From Schmidtea polychroa (taxonomy: Eukaryota), in contig CM097885.1 in the NCBI GenBank assembly GCA_044892525.1, forward strand, positions 16,308,001 to 16,372,000: a DNA stretch of 64,000 nucleotides, read 5' to 3'. The position numbers and the translations under genes are program-made. Shown here one piece after another: positions 45,335-59,499 of the stretch (position 1 is its first letter; every line of letters starts with the position of its first letter). Below the pieces are notes generated by a model that did not search any database, was not told where the DNA came from, and saw only the letters and a program-made list of their open reading frames with translations.

Positions 45335-47962
45335 AATTTGCACTCACTACAAGCAATTTGAACAAACATACACTTCAGCAGTCCCAACACAGATTTTAAA
45401 TCTAACTCTGCTGTGCTTTACAAACTCTTTTACTAGAATTAACCATAGCAACATAAAAGTGGCCATCAGCTAAAGGTGAGCCTCTCACAAGGACTGATAA
45501 TGTCCGACGTGCCTCAAGATTTACATAAGTATCATTGAAGATGTAGTGTCTTATTTAATCTGTCCCTATCATCATTATGTTTACTTCACCTATCTATTTG
45601 TCGTTACTTGATACCTCAAAATTCTGAATTTGGATTTTTACTTAAATAAATGAAGATTTGAAGTATGATAGGTGATACAAAGTGGGAAAACAATCTTGTG
45701 AAAGGGAGCAGAGTAAATCCGACACATGCCTTCTATAAGCAGTTCGTGGATCCAAGTAAGTACTGGACAATTATAATATGCAGGTGCATGCTCACTTCTT
45801 GATGGTATTCAAACCCTTGATAGAGTACCAACATTGATTGCTCAATGGGTTTCAAGCGGTATGCCACTTGCTTGTATTTTGAGTTACCCTGGAAACACCT
45901 CGAAAGGTAAAATGTGTGCTAACCGACCAAAATTAAAAATCGAATTGAAATGTGAAAGACAGGGCAGATACAGATGAGATACTATGAAAGATCATGGTGA
46001 GAATGGATTGATCAGGACTATGTTATGAAAGGGTCGAAATGCGAGAAAACTTACAAAAACAGAAAATAATTAATTAATTAATTTGTTGGAACTTAGGAGT
46101 GTGTCAATTAAATGTGCTAGGGTTACTTATGGATTTTGAATCGACTCCTTCCTAAACGGCTTCATGACTATTTTACTTTATGCCATCTGCGTATCCATGG
46201 TAACAACCATGTTGGTCCTGTACACAATGTCTGGAAATCAATGACCAGGTGAGCTCTACTATTAAAACTACTCCTCATTGTATTTTCATTTTCGGGTTCT
46301 GGACTGCTGATCGAAGGTCTTATGTCATGGTTCATTAGCTATTCCTTTCTTAGATTATTGTCATTTTTCATTAACTCCCAAAACAGGTTTACTCTTAACT
46401 ATTCTGTTTAAAAGATTTTGCCACACTCGCGACACGATGATTTCGATTAGTTCCCATGGTTAAACCCTCTCCGTCTCATCGCTGCCTGATTATTCTTGGA
46501 TAAAAAAAATTTATAAAACTATATAAAATTGTAAATAGCAATTAATCATAAAATAATAATAAAAATATAATTTTATATAATAAAATCAATATATAATATT
46601 GACAATTTATCAGTAGTTTATTAATGATATATTTAAAATCGAAAATTAAGAATCTTATATATAAAACTTTTAATATAATTGTTTGTTTACCAACTTTTCT
46701 TTAAATTAATTTTAACTAGATAGCAGCACGTTTTTGTTTCTAAAACATTTACATCATGATCTCATTAATTTACTCGCTATTAACCATCTAAATAAACAAT
46801 TTATATATGATTTTTATTCTGAATAAAATGTAAAAAACATGCATTATTGATTATAACAAAATCAAAATTTAAAGTTTTCATCGATTACTGCAAGTTCTTT
46901 GGTAAAAGTTTTCATCAGTTCTTTCTTGTGCTTTTCTAAGCCAGCTTCAAGCAAGTTACTAATTTCTTTTTCTATTTCAAAAAATGCCGTATTTCCTTTC
47001 ATTAGTGATTCGCTAAAATCATGACTTTCCTGGAGGCTTTGCAGTCGAATGTCAGCACAATCTTGCTTCAAATTAATATCAACTTCATAGAATGACTTGC
47101 TTCCTCAAATCGCTTCTAAATCTCTACATCTTTAGGACTTATTGATTCTAGAACCCTACCTTTATCTCGATGAGTTTCTGATCCATGTAATCATTGACAT
47201 CGCGATTTTGACCAACTTGATCCGTTAAGTTCTGAATGTCTTAACAATGTTACGCATATTCCTCCTGCAATATCAGGCAAATTGTCTCATTTTCATTCAA
47301 ATTCTTGACAGCTATTCGATTCTCGAATTCCAACAATTTTATATCACTTTTATATCAACTTAATAACTTCGGTTTATATCAATTTACCCATACAAAAACT
47401 TCAGAGTTCCTCATTAAATCTTCGCTTTGTTTTATGTGTTCCTGTAATTTCTCTCGTCTGATTTGGGTCTTCTCTTCAATAACAGATATCAAGTTTGATA
47501 TATAAGGTCCCAAATGACCATCGTAATTCAGCAGATATTCGAAATTGAAATTCGTGATTTCTTTAGGAATTTCTTTTTTGACTAAGTCTAGAAACTGGAA
47601 TGAGGGGTCAATTAAATACGAAGTACGACAAAATTTAAGTCTATTTGAAATTATGATGTCAATTTTGTTTTTATATCCTACACAATTAATATTAGCTCCA
47701 ATAGATATTGCCAAACATTTTATATCATATAAATAATGATTATTATAATGATAATACAATAATCATTATAATATTATAATAACAAAAAAAACATGGTCAA
47801 GATGAAAGGATTTCGTTATCAAGTCAGTCCTTATTGTTGTATGAAAAATACATAAAATTATATAAAGAATAGCCAAGATTAACGAGAAAGTGATGCTAAG
47901 GAAGCAGTTAAAAATGTGCTATCGATGGAATAAAATTATTGTGGAATTTTGCCATAAAATAA

Positions 47963-47991
47963 TCTTATCGAAATCTATATAAATCTTATAT
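47963..47991 (+). other. Fragment matching the planarian spliced-leader exon
   Basis: TCTTATCGAAATCTATATAAATCTTATAT equals the 3' part of the Schmidtea SL as I recall it (lacking the final G); no GT donor follows. Confidence 0.7.
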
Positions 47992-48841
47992 AATCAATAT
48001 TGAATAATAGTAAGCTGAATTCGATCAGTTATGAATTGTGAAATTCTGCTCGGCATTCAGTTTCTATTAAAAACGATGAAATATTAAGGCCTCACCAGAA
48101 CAATTAATCATTTCACAGGCAATTGCATGTCAAATTTTAATTGGAAAATACAGATCAAAGGTTAACAAGAAAAAATTTGAACTGAAGGCGCCATTGGGTT
48201 AATTATTTTCTTTAATAAGTAATGTAAGTTTTGTAAATAAATCTTTTAAATGATTGCAAGTACATTATTATTTTTGGGTTTTTTAATTGATATCTCTAGA
48301 TAAATTTGCCATTAGCTATTTGATTTCCTTATTGTACCGTTTGTCTGTAAGTATTATAATATAGAATTTATAATATTACAATTCTTGTAGATTCTATAAA
48401 GTTTAGGCAATCCAATATAGAGTAATAGTTTTCCGAACATTTATCGCGATTGTGATTTAGATAAATGATTATTGAAATCATTTCTCAACAGGGGCCATTG
48501 TCAACTGTATGAAGAAGACGGGAGAGGAGGAGATGTCAAGGGTGTGAAAGTAATTAAATAGAATTAGTATTTAATTTCCAGTTTTAAATAAATTTAAATA
48601 ATATAATAAAAGTAAATAATGAAATTATAAATTAAAATAATACATTAAATATATTTAAGAATGATTGAAAATTAAAATATAAAAGATTTATTGAATGCTT
48701 GTGTATTCCCTATTCAATTATTAACTCATGCTTGTGAAAATATCCTCAAAGCTAAAAACAGAGATTGTTTAAATAAGAGAGATTTTGGTTTCTTTTTAAA
48801 AAATAGAGAATTTTAAATATTCAAGAAATCAAACATCTAAT

Positions 48842-51640
48842 ATGGCGACCACGATGGCCAATTTTATCAAAGCACCGGAAAATTTTGATATAGGAACCAA
48901 TTTTGAAGATTTCATCAAGGAAACCGAAAGAGTAAGATTATCGAAATAATGTCGATAGCTGAGGACTTCGAAGGTAGATTTGTCAAAGCTTTTTTATCAA
49001 CAGATGCAATTAAGAAATGTGACTCAACAGAAGAGAAACAAAATTATATGGATAGACTGAGAGAAGCCTTCAAAAAAACCAATGAATCTGATGGAAGACT
49101 TAAATGAAGCGCTAGATTATAGACACGGAGATGATTCCGTTGATGATTTCTGTGAAAAAATTGAAAAATTATCAAAACTAACTCTGAAACATGAGTTAAC
49201 TAAAGAAGAACTTCAAAAAGTCTTATATTCAATGCAGTAAGAGACTAAGATTTGAAAAAGATTTGAGATGAAATGAGTATAAACCAGTGAACAAAATGAA
49301 AAAGAGAATATAAAACACGAAAAAGTAATTAAAGAATGAAATCGAAACAGTGACTCGATAGCAGTTGTGGCAACGGAAACGAGATACGCGGATATGGTAA
49401 AAAGAGTTGTAAATATTCCACGAAGACCAATATTACACAGATATAACGATATGCCGAGCCAAGACAGAATCGTGAATATTCGAACAAAAAATCGAATTTT
49501 TATAATCAAGAATTTCAAAGAAACAATAGGCCAAAATTCAGATGCTGTGCATGTCATGAAGAAGGCCATAGAAGAGCAGAATGTCCAAATGTTAAATGTT
49601 ATCTTTTTCACAGAACAGGACATCTCAAACACCTGTGCTTCCAATTAAGAAACAATTTCAGAGATGTAAGAGAAAATGAACAAGAAAACATACGAGGAAA
49701 ATTCCAAAGAATTGGCAGAAATTTCAGAAACCGACAATATCAGAAACCAGTTGCGGCAATAGAAGAAGAATAACATGAAAATCAATACCCAAATGAGATG
49801 CGGTGATCGGAGCACTGCAGTAAGTATGAGTTATATGTTGAATGGGGAATTGTACGATGACTGTTTGTATGATAATTGTTTGCATGTATTAAATAATGAG
49901 AAATATAAATATATAAGTAATGATGATAATTGTAAATGCATCTCGATGCAGATATTTATAGTAATTGGTGTAATAATGCATCAAGATTAGATGATTTTGG
50001 AAATGTTGTAGAGCATGTAATATTAATGATATAATTAAATATAATAAATTAAATGGTAGACCAAGTGTCACATTATTGATCAATGAGAACGAAGTATGCT
50101 GTTTATTAGATACAGGAGCAAAGATCAGTGGGATTGATGAAAGCGTATTAGAAAAGATAGGAAAGTTTAATTTAGAAAAAATGTTATGTTAAATTGAGAT
50201 GTGCAAATGAGTCACCGGTATCTATAGTAGGAAAGGTAAATATTGCAGTTCAAATAGCGGGAACAAAAGAGACGAGAATAATTTAATTTATTGTGGCCAA
50301 AGAGATTTCACCAAAGGTAATTGGAGGAAGAGACTTCTTGAGAAAATTTGACATAATGTTAAAGATGAAGGATAGTTTATTAAATGACTGTTTAAATTCA
50401 AGATAACGAATAATAATTTTATTTTCATCCACAGAGCCACGGGGATCAGTTTTGAATAATAACAGTTTGTTCATTTCAATACCATAAGATAATGCCATCA
50501 TTGAACAACCTAATGGTCGCATCTCAGTTGATTGGGTAGAAAGCTGCTTAATATCCGCAATAGAACGACATATTATGTCACAAGGCATTTCATATCCATG
50601 TTTATATCTAAATCGAACTGCTTCCATTTGTGCACGACATACTTGAGATCGATAATCAGGGATCATACCAGTCATGACACCTCCAGGACTTTCAGTAATA
50701 TTAAACAACCTTGTAGCTGAACTCTTCTCAATCATTTTATCTGGAACCTTTCTTTGGGTAGCTACTACATCACAATTATTGCATCGAATACCAACGGAAA
50801 TCCATCCACCAAATAAATTTAATATTAGTTGGCCAAAAACACCATTAACGTTATCAGGATCTCTTGGGATCATAAAAAAGGAACCATCAGTTTCGTTAGT
50901 AGTATTTCCAATTTCCATTGAGTTATCAGATTCATAAATTTCTTCATTAAAAGCAGCCATATTTTATCATCATTCGACTCCAGCAAAAAACCAAAAACAA
51001 CTCATAATTCTATTCAAATCGATAACAACTCTAAAATTACAAAATCACAAAAAATCTAATCAAACATTGTCCTACCTCTTGCTCGCGTCTGTGTGCGCAC
51101 ACAATTCCAACCAACAAAGAAAAAACCCACACAGAAAAAAGAAAATAGCGCACACAGACGCGACACACCAACAACCCAACCCAAAAAATGACATTGCTCG
51201 CGTCGTGTGCGCACACAAACCCATCACACAATACAACGCGCACACAGACGCGCATTGAGCTCATAATTTACCAATGACGATGTTACTATTGCTGAAATAA
51301 AAATTGCAAAAGAATTGAGTGAATCTAACCAATGTAAAGATTGTAATGTCAGAGAGCTATGCAGAAAATTTGAGGCAATTTTTAGGAAACACAAATGGGA
51401 TGTGGGTAAGACAAATTTAATAACGCATGAAATTTTAACATCAGGAAAACCTATTGTGATAAATCCAAGACTACAGCCAGCCAATTTAATTGGAAAGATT
51501 GATGAAAATATAAAAGAGATTAAAAAATATGGAATCATTAAAGAGTGTAAATCGCCATGGAACACTGCTTTAGTGTGTGTAAAGAAAAAAGATAAAAATG
51601 ATGTACGAATTTGTCTGGATTTTATAGCACTAAACAATGA
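48842..51640 (+). mobile_element. Degenerate Ty3/Gypsy gag-pro-RT(5') remnant with internal insertions
   Basis: Zn knuckles CHEEGHRRAEC and CYLFHRTGHLKHLC (~49545-49640), protease LLDTGA (~50103), RT start GIIKECKSPWNTALVCVKKKD...RICLDF. Confidence 0.88.
50436..50810 (-). pseudogene. PSMA6: Captured proteasome subunit alpha type-6 fragment
   Basis: TQRKVPDKMI...LFNITE...VMTGMIPDYRSQV.RA..EA..FRYKHGYEMP.D..C..IADI.Q..TQ..EMRPLGC...KTDP.G; both protein ends are missing. Confidence 0.9.
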
Positions 51641-51781
51641 CCAATATTAATATTTTCATTCCATAATTCATAACATAAATCGATTGTTTCTTACAACGCG
51701 ACATTAGTAAATAAACTACATACATCAAACGAAACCATATACTCATTAACATTATTTTTATTAAACAATGTTAATGAGTAT

Positions 51782-52170
51782 ATGGTTTCGTTTGGTGTAT
51801 GTAGTTTATTTACAAATGTTCCATTGAAAAAACGATCGATTTATGTTGTGAATTATGGAATGAAAATATTAATGCGCATAATAAGTGCGATGGAAGTGCA
51901 TTTAAGGAAGCTTTTAGAGTTTGCAACTTCCGAAGTTAATTTTCTTTTTAATAATGAATGGTATGAACAAATTGATGGAGTGGCTATGGGTTCACCCTTA
52001 GCACTAACAATGACGTCAATATTTTTGGCATGTTTAGAAAAGAAAATTGCTTCTTTTCAATATGAAAAACTAATTGTGTATAAAAGGTATGTTGATGATA
52101 TTTTTTTGATATTTAAAAATAAGGAACATGTGAAACCATTTTTGCATTATATGAATAGATTGCATAAGAA
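51782..52170 (+). mobile_element. Penelope-like element RT fragment
   Basis: VSF.V.SLFTNVP, FLFNNEWYEQIDGVAMGSPL, YKRYVDDIF. Confidence 0.88.
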
Positions 52171-53126
52171 AATTTTTATTATCTTTAATTTAGGCAAGCA
52201 GCACCTAAAATAAAATAATAAAAACATTAACCTTAAGTTAATAAAATTTTAAAATAGTTACATAGAAAGGTATTGTGTTTAAATAGCTCATTTTTATGAT
52301 TTAGTCTTGAAGTAAATTCGGATTTTTAATTATTTTATAATTTATCAAAGTTTTATTTTAGTTTCCTAGATTTTTATTTTAGTTCTGAGAGATAAAACTA
52401 CCATCTGTCAATTTTAGTTATAATTTAAAGAATTTTTGTATTTTTTAAAAATGAAACATGTAAAAGTCACTGGCTATTCTGAAATAGTTATAAATTATTT
52501 CGGTCAAATAACTTTAACTGAATATGATTTCAGGTGGGATGTATTTATATTTTCAATTTAATTGTTGGAACCGGGGCGCTAACATTACCGAAAGCCTTTC
52601 AAGATGCAGGTTGGGTGTTGAGTGGAATCGTTTTATGTATCTTATGTTTAATAAGGTAACATTCACCAAACTATTTTTGATAAAGCATTATGTTCACGAA
52701 TTTAAGTTATATTACCGCAACTTATGTAATTGAAGCGATGAGCATTTCAAATGGACTGCAAAAACTGTCCAAATTAAAATACGTAATTTATTTAATTAAT
52801 TAATTTATTATCTTTATTGAAAGAAAATTTTTTATTTATAAATTATATGGAAAATTTTATACAATTTTAATTCTCAAATTGTTTCTTCTTATTATTATTA
52901 ATTAATTGTTAATTAAATTAATTAATTTATTAAAATCTGAAATTTTTTTATTTTATAATTTCATGTTTTGGATTTATAAATAATTATTTTTTGAATTTTA
53001 TTGTATCCAAAATTTGTATTTGTTATTAATTTATCCATTTGATTGGTCATGGGTGTATAAATCATTTTAAATAAATATATTTATTTTTAATATTATAAAT
53101 TTTTTCAATTTTCAATTGACATTTTA

Positions 53127-54654
53127 TTTATTAAAAAGCTTGACTATGAATCTGTAAATATATCGGTACTGCCGTTTTCAGTGATTTTGATCATTATTTG
53201 TTAATTTTGAAACTATAGGGAAAAAATTAATTTATTTTGTATTTTATATTAAATTTATTAACTAATTATAATTTTAATTTTTTAATTACATTTTAAATAA
53301 TATTATTTTTTATTTTATTTTTTATTTAAATTTTAACAATTTTTTTAAAATTTAAATAACAAAATAATATAAATTAAATTTCAATGACAATTATTAAAAA
53401 AATTTTAATTTAAATTTCAAAAAAATATAAAAATGATATAATAAATATCTAAAATCTTAATATCATTTAAAATGTAATTAAAAAATTTAAATTATAAAAT
53501 TTTTTTAGATATTTCATATATTATTTTTATTTTATTGTGTAATTTATGTTTGAACATTTTTTTTAATTTCAATTATAAAATAAATTAAAAAATAAAAATT
53601 TAAATTATAAAATAAATTAAAAAGTAATGTAAGAAATATATAAATAAATTTAATTTCAAAGACATTTATTTAAAAAAATTTTAAAAAATTTAAATAACAA
53701 AATAAAATAAAATAATATAAGAAATATCTAATATCTTAATATCATCTAAAATGTTATTAAACAATTAAAATTATAAATATTTTTTTATATATTTCTTATA
53801 TTATTTTTTATTTTATTGTGTAATTTAAATTTTAAAATAAATTAATTAAATTTCAGACATTTATTTAAAAAAATAAAAAAAAATTTTATTTTATTTTTTA
53901 ATTAAATTTTAAATGATATTTAGATTTTAGATATTTCCTATATTATTTTATTTTATTTTGTAATATAAATTTTTAAAAGTTATAAAAATTTTTTAAAATT
54001 TAAATTACAAAATAATATAAGAAATATCTAATTAAATTACAAAATAAAAAATATATATAAGAAAGAACTAAAATCTTAATATCATTTAAAATGTAATTAA
54101 AAAATTAAAATTATAAAATTATTTTTAGATATTTCTTACAATATTATTTCTTATATTATTATTTAAATTTTAACAATTTTTTTTAATTTAAAATATAAAA
54201 TAAATTAAAAAATAATATAAGACATATCTAATTAAATTAAATTTCAAGGACATTTATTTAAAAAAAAAGTTTTTAAAATTTAAATTAAAAAATAAAATAA
54301 AAAATACTATAAGAAATATCTAAAATTTTAATATCATTTAAAATGTAATTAAAGTTATAAAAATTTTTTTTAAATATTTCTCATTATTTTTTATTTTATA
54401 ATTGAAATTTTAACAATTTTTTTTAAATTTAAATTACAAAATAATATAAATATTTAATTAAAATATGTAATTTAAAAATTAAAATTATAATTAATCAGTA
54501 AATATAAAATACAAAATAAATTAAGTTTTTCCCTATAGTTCCAAATTTATAGATAATGATCAAATTCATATGAAAAAGGCGGTGCTGAAAATTCGTGAAT
54601 ATCAAAAAAACATTGATATATTTACTGATTCATAGTCAAGCCTTTCTAATAAAT
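53127..54654. repeat. Foldback-like AT-rich element with ~160-nt imperfect inverted arms
   Basis: GCTTGACTATGAATC...AACTATAGGGAAAAA...TTTATTTTGTATTTTATATT on the left is mirrored at ~54480-54654; internal AT-rich units occur in both orientations. Confidence 0.7.
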
Positions 54655-55001
54655 ACAATATTACTTTTAAAAACTTGTTTTATATAGAATTTATTTTAAT
54701 TTATTTTTAAAATATTATTTGATATAAAATAATAGTTTTTTGAATTTGCGGTGAAATATCGATTTGTCTGTAATTTTCGAAATTGCAATCGATTGTCACT
54801 AATTTTGATCAAACAGAAAAACATATTATATGCCTATACATCACATATACACAAATATAGTCAAGAAATTGAAATTTACAAGGCTTATCGTATGGTCGAA
54901 AATGTTTTCATTTGTATTAAATATATTATTCGCAGCAAAAGGCTTAAATTATCATTTATCATTAAATTATCACTTTATACTATATAGTCAAGATATGCAA
55001 G

Positions 55002-55136
<135 letters not shown>

Positions 55137-55959
55137 TCGAAGACATACGCATGTCATATTAACCAAAGAATTATGCAGAATTCCTACACAATAATCATAT
55201 ATGATGCATATAATTATGTAATATGAAGAGCAATCAAATACCCAATTATAATTATATCATGATTAACACGCAAACATTTGCACTAGCCTAAATGAACTAT
55301 TGAAATGTAATGGCTAACTCTTAATAATACATACTAAAACTTTATGCTTTTGAACATGATCCAGAGAATTTCAATAGAAATGATGTGACTATACTAAATG
55401 TCTAAAGATTTATTGTTATCATCATGATTTTTTGGACAAATTGATTATAGAATTACATTTATTTTCAATTATTTACACTTTATCGTTAATCAAGTTTGAA
55501 TTTTAGACCTTTTCTAATGATTCGCCATTCACTACTGATCGTCTCGATGATGAGGCCACTAAGACCCTTTACACTTACAATTCCAATTATGGATTGATAG
55601 AAAGTAAGCAGTATTCATATAGAATTCACCTTTGAAATGCTTACAAATTGTTCATTTTATCCACCACTTAACTATTTGTAACAGTATTATCGTCATTTTA
55701 TTATCAATTAGCTCTCTTCATTCTGATCATTTGCGTAATAATCAGATGACATAATTCAATAGATATATTTTGTACTTCTCCACTTATAAATACAATTTAG
55801 GTTTATTGATTGTCTGAGAACCATGATTTATAGATATTTATTTCATTACGTCACAATTTTACTAATGTTCCAATAATTATAATATTGTCAATATTACTGC
55901 TAATATAGTTAATATTATATTTATCATTATTTTTATTATTTTATTTATTATTATATTTA

Positions 55960-56105
<146 letters not shown>

Positions 56106-56261
56106 TTTTATTATTTTATATATTATTTTTTTTTATTATTATTATTATTTTTTTGTAATTATTATTTATTATTATTATTTTTTTTTATTATTATTTATTA
56201 TTATTATTAATTTTTATTGTTATTATTTTTTATTATTATTATTATTATTATTATTTTATTA

Positions 56262-56356
<95 letters not shown>

Positions 56357-56559
56357 CGGATTATAAGCGCAGTTCAGGATAATGTAAGTGTTACCATCGA
56401 ACTGCGGTTCAAACCACTACAAAAAAAGAGGTGAATATAAAAAATGTTTTTTGAATGATCAGCACAAAGATTTAATAATGTCCTGGTTAAGTGAAGATTG
56501 TTTTGAATGCTATTAGAACAAAGCTTCAAAATGAAAATAATATATCAGTAAGTGTTTCG

Positions 56560-57200
56560 ACGATTGATCAAGTAATTACCGAACTTAATAACAATTTGAA
56601 ACGTATTACCAAATTACCAGAAATGTGAAATACTTATGAAACCTTATGAAAACACGAAAAATATTTTTAAACTGTTCAATATGGTGAGAATATTTATTTT
56701 ATAGACGAGGTTGGATTCAATATAATTATGTGACCGGAAAGAGGTGAAAGAACTGTTCAGAGAGTCGGAAATATATGAACAAGAAATATTTCGATTTGTG
56801 CTGTAATCAGTAAAAGAGAAACATTTTATAGGCAACAAACCCATAATAATTATTATTTTACTTGCCAAGTTTGCTCAAAGAGAAATTGACAATGCAATTT
56901 CAATATGCTATAATGTTGCATTTCCCAGAAACCAAAATGTTCAACAAATAATTATAAATTCCGGACATGCTTTAAAGTTTTTACCTCCATATTCTCCACT
57001 TCTGAATCCGATTGAGAATATATTTTCTCAATGGAAGCAAGATGTAAAGGCTGCCCACCATATCAATAAACACCAATTATTAGAATGTATTGATAATGCT
57101 TATGCACACATTAAACCTGATCACAGTGCAAAATATTATCGTCACATGTTGAGAGTATTAGTTCGATGTCGCAACGGGGAAGTAATTGAAGATGAATAAA
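56560..57200 (+). mobile_element. Tc1/IS630-family transposase remnant
   Basis: ENIYFIDEVGF, NISICAV, a degenerate DN..FH, and LKFLPPYSPLLNPIENIFSQWK, with frameshifts. Confidence 0.85.
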
Positions 57201-57516
57201 TAAATTATAATTTATCCTTTTTTAATTATAATTTTTTATTGCAAATTAATTGATAAAATTTAAGATCTCGAAAATTCATTTGCAAAATAAATGAGAAACC
57301 CTGTAAAATTTTTAAATTTTAAAAAATTTTTGTTCTTTTATTTTGAGTTTTATCGTAAATTTAATTTTGAATTCTTTGAAAAAATGTCAATTATTATTAT
57401 TTATTATTAATTTTTATTTTTATTATTTTTCTTTTTATTGTTATCTATTATTATTATCATCATTATCATTATTAATATAATTTATTAATATTATTGAAAT
57501 GATGTCATCTATACAG

Positions 57517-58693
57517 ACGATGAAATCCCTATTACAATTTCACAATCAAACGAATCTAATGAAGAATCTAACCTACCATCTGAATGTAAATCATATTTTG
57601 AAATTCTGGATGTTTATGAAATGGTAATATACATCTCATTCAGATGAAATATAAATATAATGTTTATGTATGAACTATAAATAATATTCTTTCATTAATA
57701 GAGTTATTATAAAATTCTGAAATAGCAAATTTTAAATCATAAATAAATAATTACTTATGAATCTATAATGGTAATGAGGGGAACAAATTTTAGATTTTTC
57801 TATTAAAAAAAAATCAAAAATTTTTTCGATTTTTAATAAAATATATTTTATGTATCTGTCTGGCACCCTCAGTTTTAATGATACCACTTCATTATACCAT
57901 GTAAATGATATACGTGAATTTGTATTATATTATAAAGTAATTGAGAGTAATAAAAACTCTTTAGTAATAAAATTATCATTCTGTATAGTCGATTGTGAAT
58001 GGCTAATAGCTACTGTGTATATTTTGTCATGGTGAGCATCGTATCCAACTTATTCGAAAACTTCGGCAGTCAAATACTCCAAAAATAGCAACAGTTTAAA
58101 CTGGGTATTTTTCCTCAATATTTACTTTGAAATGACTCCTAATAATAATCAATATCCAAATTCTTGAAAAATTAAATTAAAATTAAATTAAAATTAAATT
58201 AAATTAAATGTAATTAAAAATTTAAATAATTAAAATTAAATTTAAATAAAATTAATCTAATAGTTGATAATGATTGATTTAAATAATTTTGTTTATATTT
58301 ATAGATTTAAAAAAAAATTAAAATAATTTAAATTAAATAAAAAAGTTATAAATTAATTAAAATAGTGTAATTTGTTTATAAAATCCATATTATATTCTAT
58401 TCTATTTGATGATTACAGGAAAACTGTAGAAAAATATAGAGAAACGTATGTATCTTTTAATAATTAAATCTTTCCCTTATTTATTTAATTAATTTCTCAT
58501 TGTTTTGCAAATTTAATTTCTTTATAATTTTATATGTTATTTAGTATATTACATTTTCGTAGGGGCAAATGGCTATAATTTATTTCAACAGAGTAGGACT
58601 TGTTTTATTCTATTTAAGCATGTGTATTTATTTGTATGGTGATTTGGCTGTCTATGCCGCAGCTGTTCCGACTTCTTTAAGAGATGTTGCATG
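57517..58693 (+). CDS. TMEM104: Two exons (57517-57623, 58563-58693) of a host TMEM104-like transporter
   Basis: Spliced ...YFEILDVYEM|GQMAIIYFNRVGLVLFYLSMCIYLYGDLAVYAAAVPTSL matches the TMEM104 EMGQMA...YLYGDLAIYAAAVP motif. Confidence 0.85.
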
Positions 58694-58726
58694 GTTAGTG
58701 TTGATATATTATTATTATTATTATTA

Positions 58727-59039
58727 TCTCTCAATATATAAAAAAAACCTAAGGGTCCCCTCCATTCGAATTTTACTTTTTTTATTTTTTTTTTATTTTT
58801 TTTTATAATTTTTTTTTTATAATTTTTTTTTAAAATTTTTTTTTATGAAGTATTTATTGTTTTGTACTTACCGTTCTATTTTTCTTAGAAAGGGTTTATG
58901 CTATTATCTTTTATCATAGTTATGTAAACAATAAACTGAATCTTACTCCTATCCAACAATACCCTGGATATTAACTTTAACATTAACCCCACGTTCTAAC
59001 GGGGTTTGTGAAGCGAAGCGAACAGGGGCAGAGCCCCTA

Positions 59040-59040
<1 letters not shown>
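58727..59040 (+). mobile_element. Non-autonomous Helitron (~314 bp)
   Basis: A|TC 5' end, CTAG|T 3' end, hairpins AACCCC...GGGGTT and AGGGGC...GCCCCT, no TSD; splits a (TTA)n tract. Confidence 0.8.
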
Positions 59041-59095
<55 letters not shown>

Positions 59096-59499
59096 ATCCT
59101 TATTATCAGAATTCTTCTCTTATGTGTAATACGAAAGTTTTTTGAATTTGCTTTATTAGAATTTTCCTCAACATTCGTTCATAGTGATTAAAGTCCAAAA
59201 ATTTATTCCAAATACCTTTCTATATTTAAAACGTACTGATTTTCAAATCTTCTTTTCATTTCTATTTTTTATCTATTTATCAAGAAATTTTGTCTTTTAG
59301 TACGTTCAGATTGAATTCAACCTCATTGCTTACTGATTCTGATCGTTGCTGGCCAAATTCCGATATTTCACGACAAAATGCATATCGGATATTTTTGGTA
59401 AAATTTATCATTTATATTCCTGCTCTCTATTATTTATATATGAAATGTGTTGAAACCTTTTCTGCTCGGGGATGTGAATGAAAAGTTATATATTAATAC

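Noticed and set aside
46862..47759. Possible host gene fragments on the minus strand
   Set aside because: Coding-like but broken, and I cannot assign a family.
51650..52400. Hammerhead ribozyme beside the Penelope fragment
   Set aside because: No CTGANGA...GAAA core with supporting stems found by eye.
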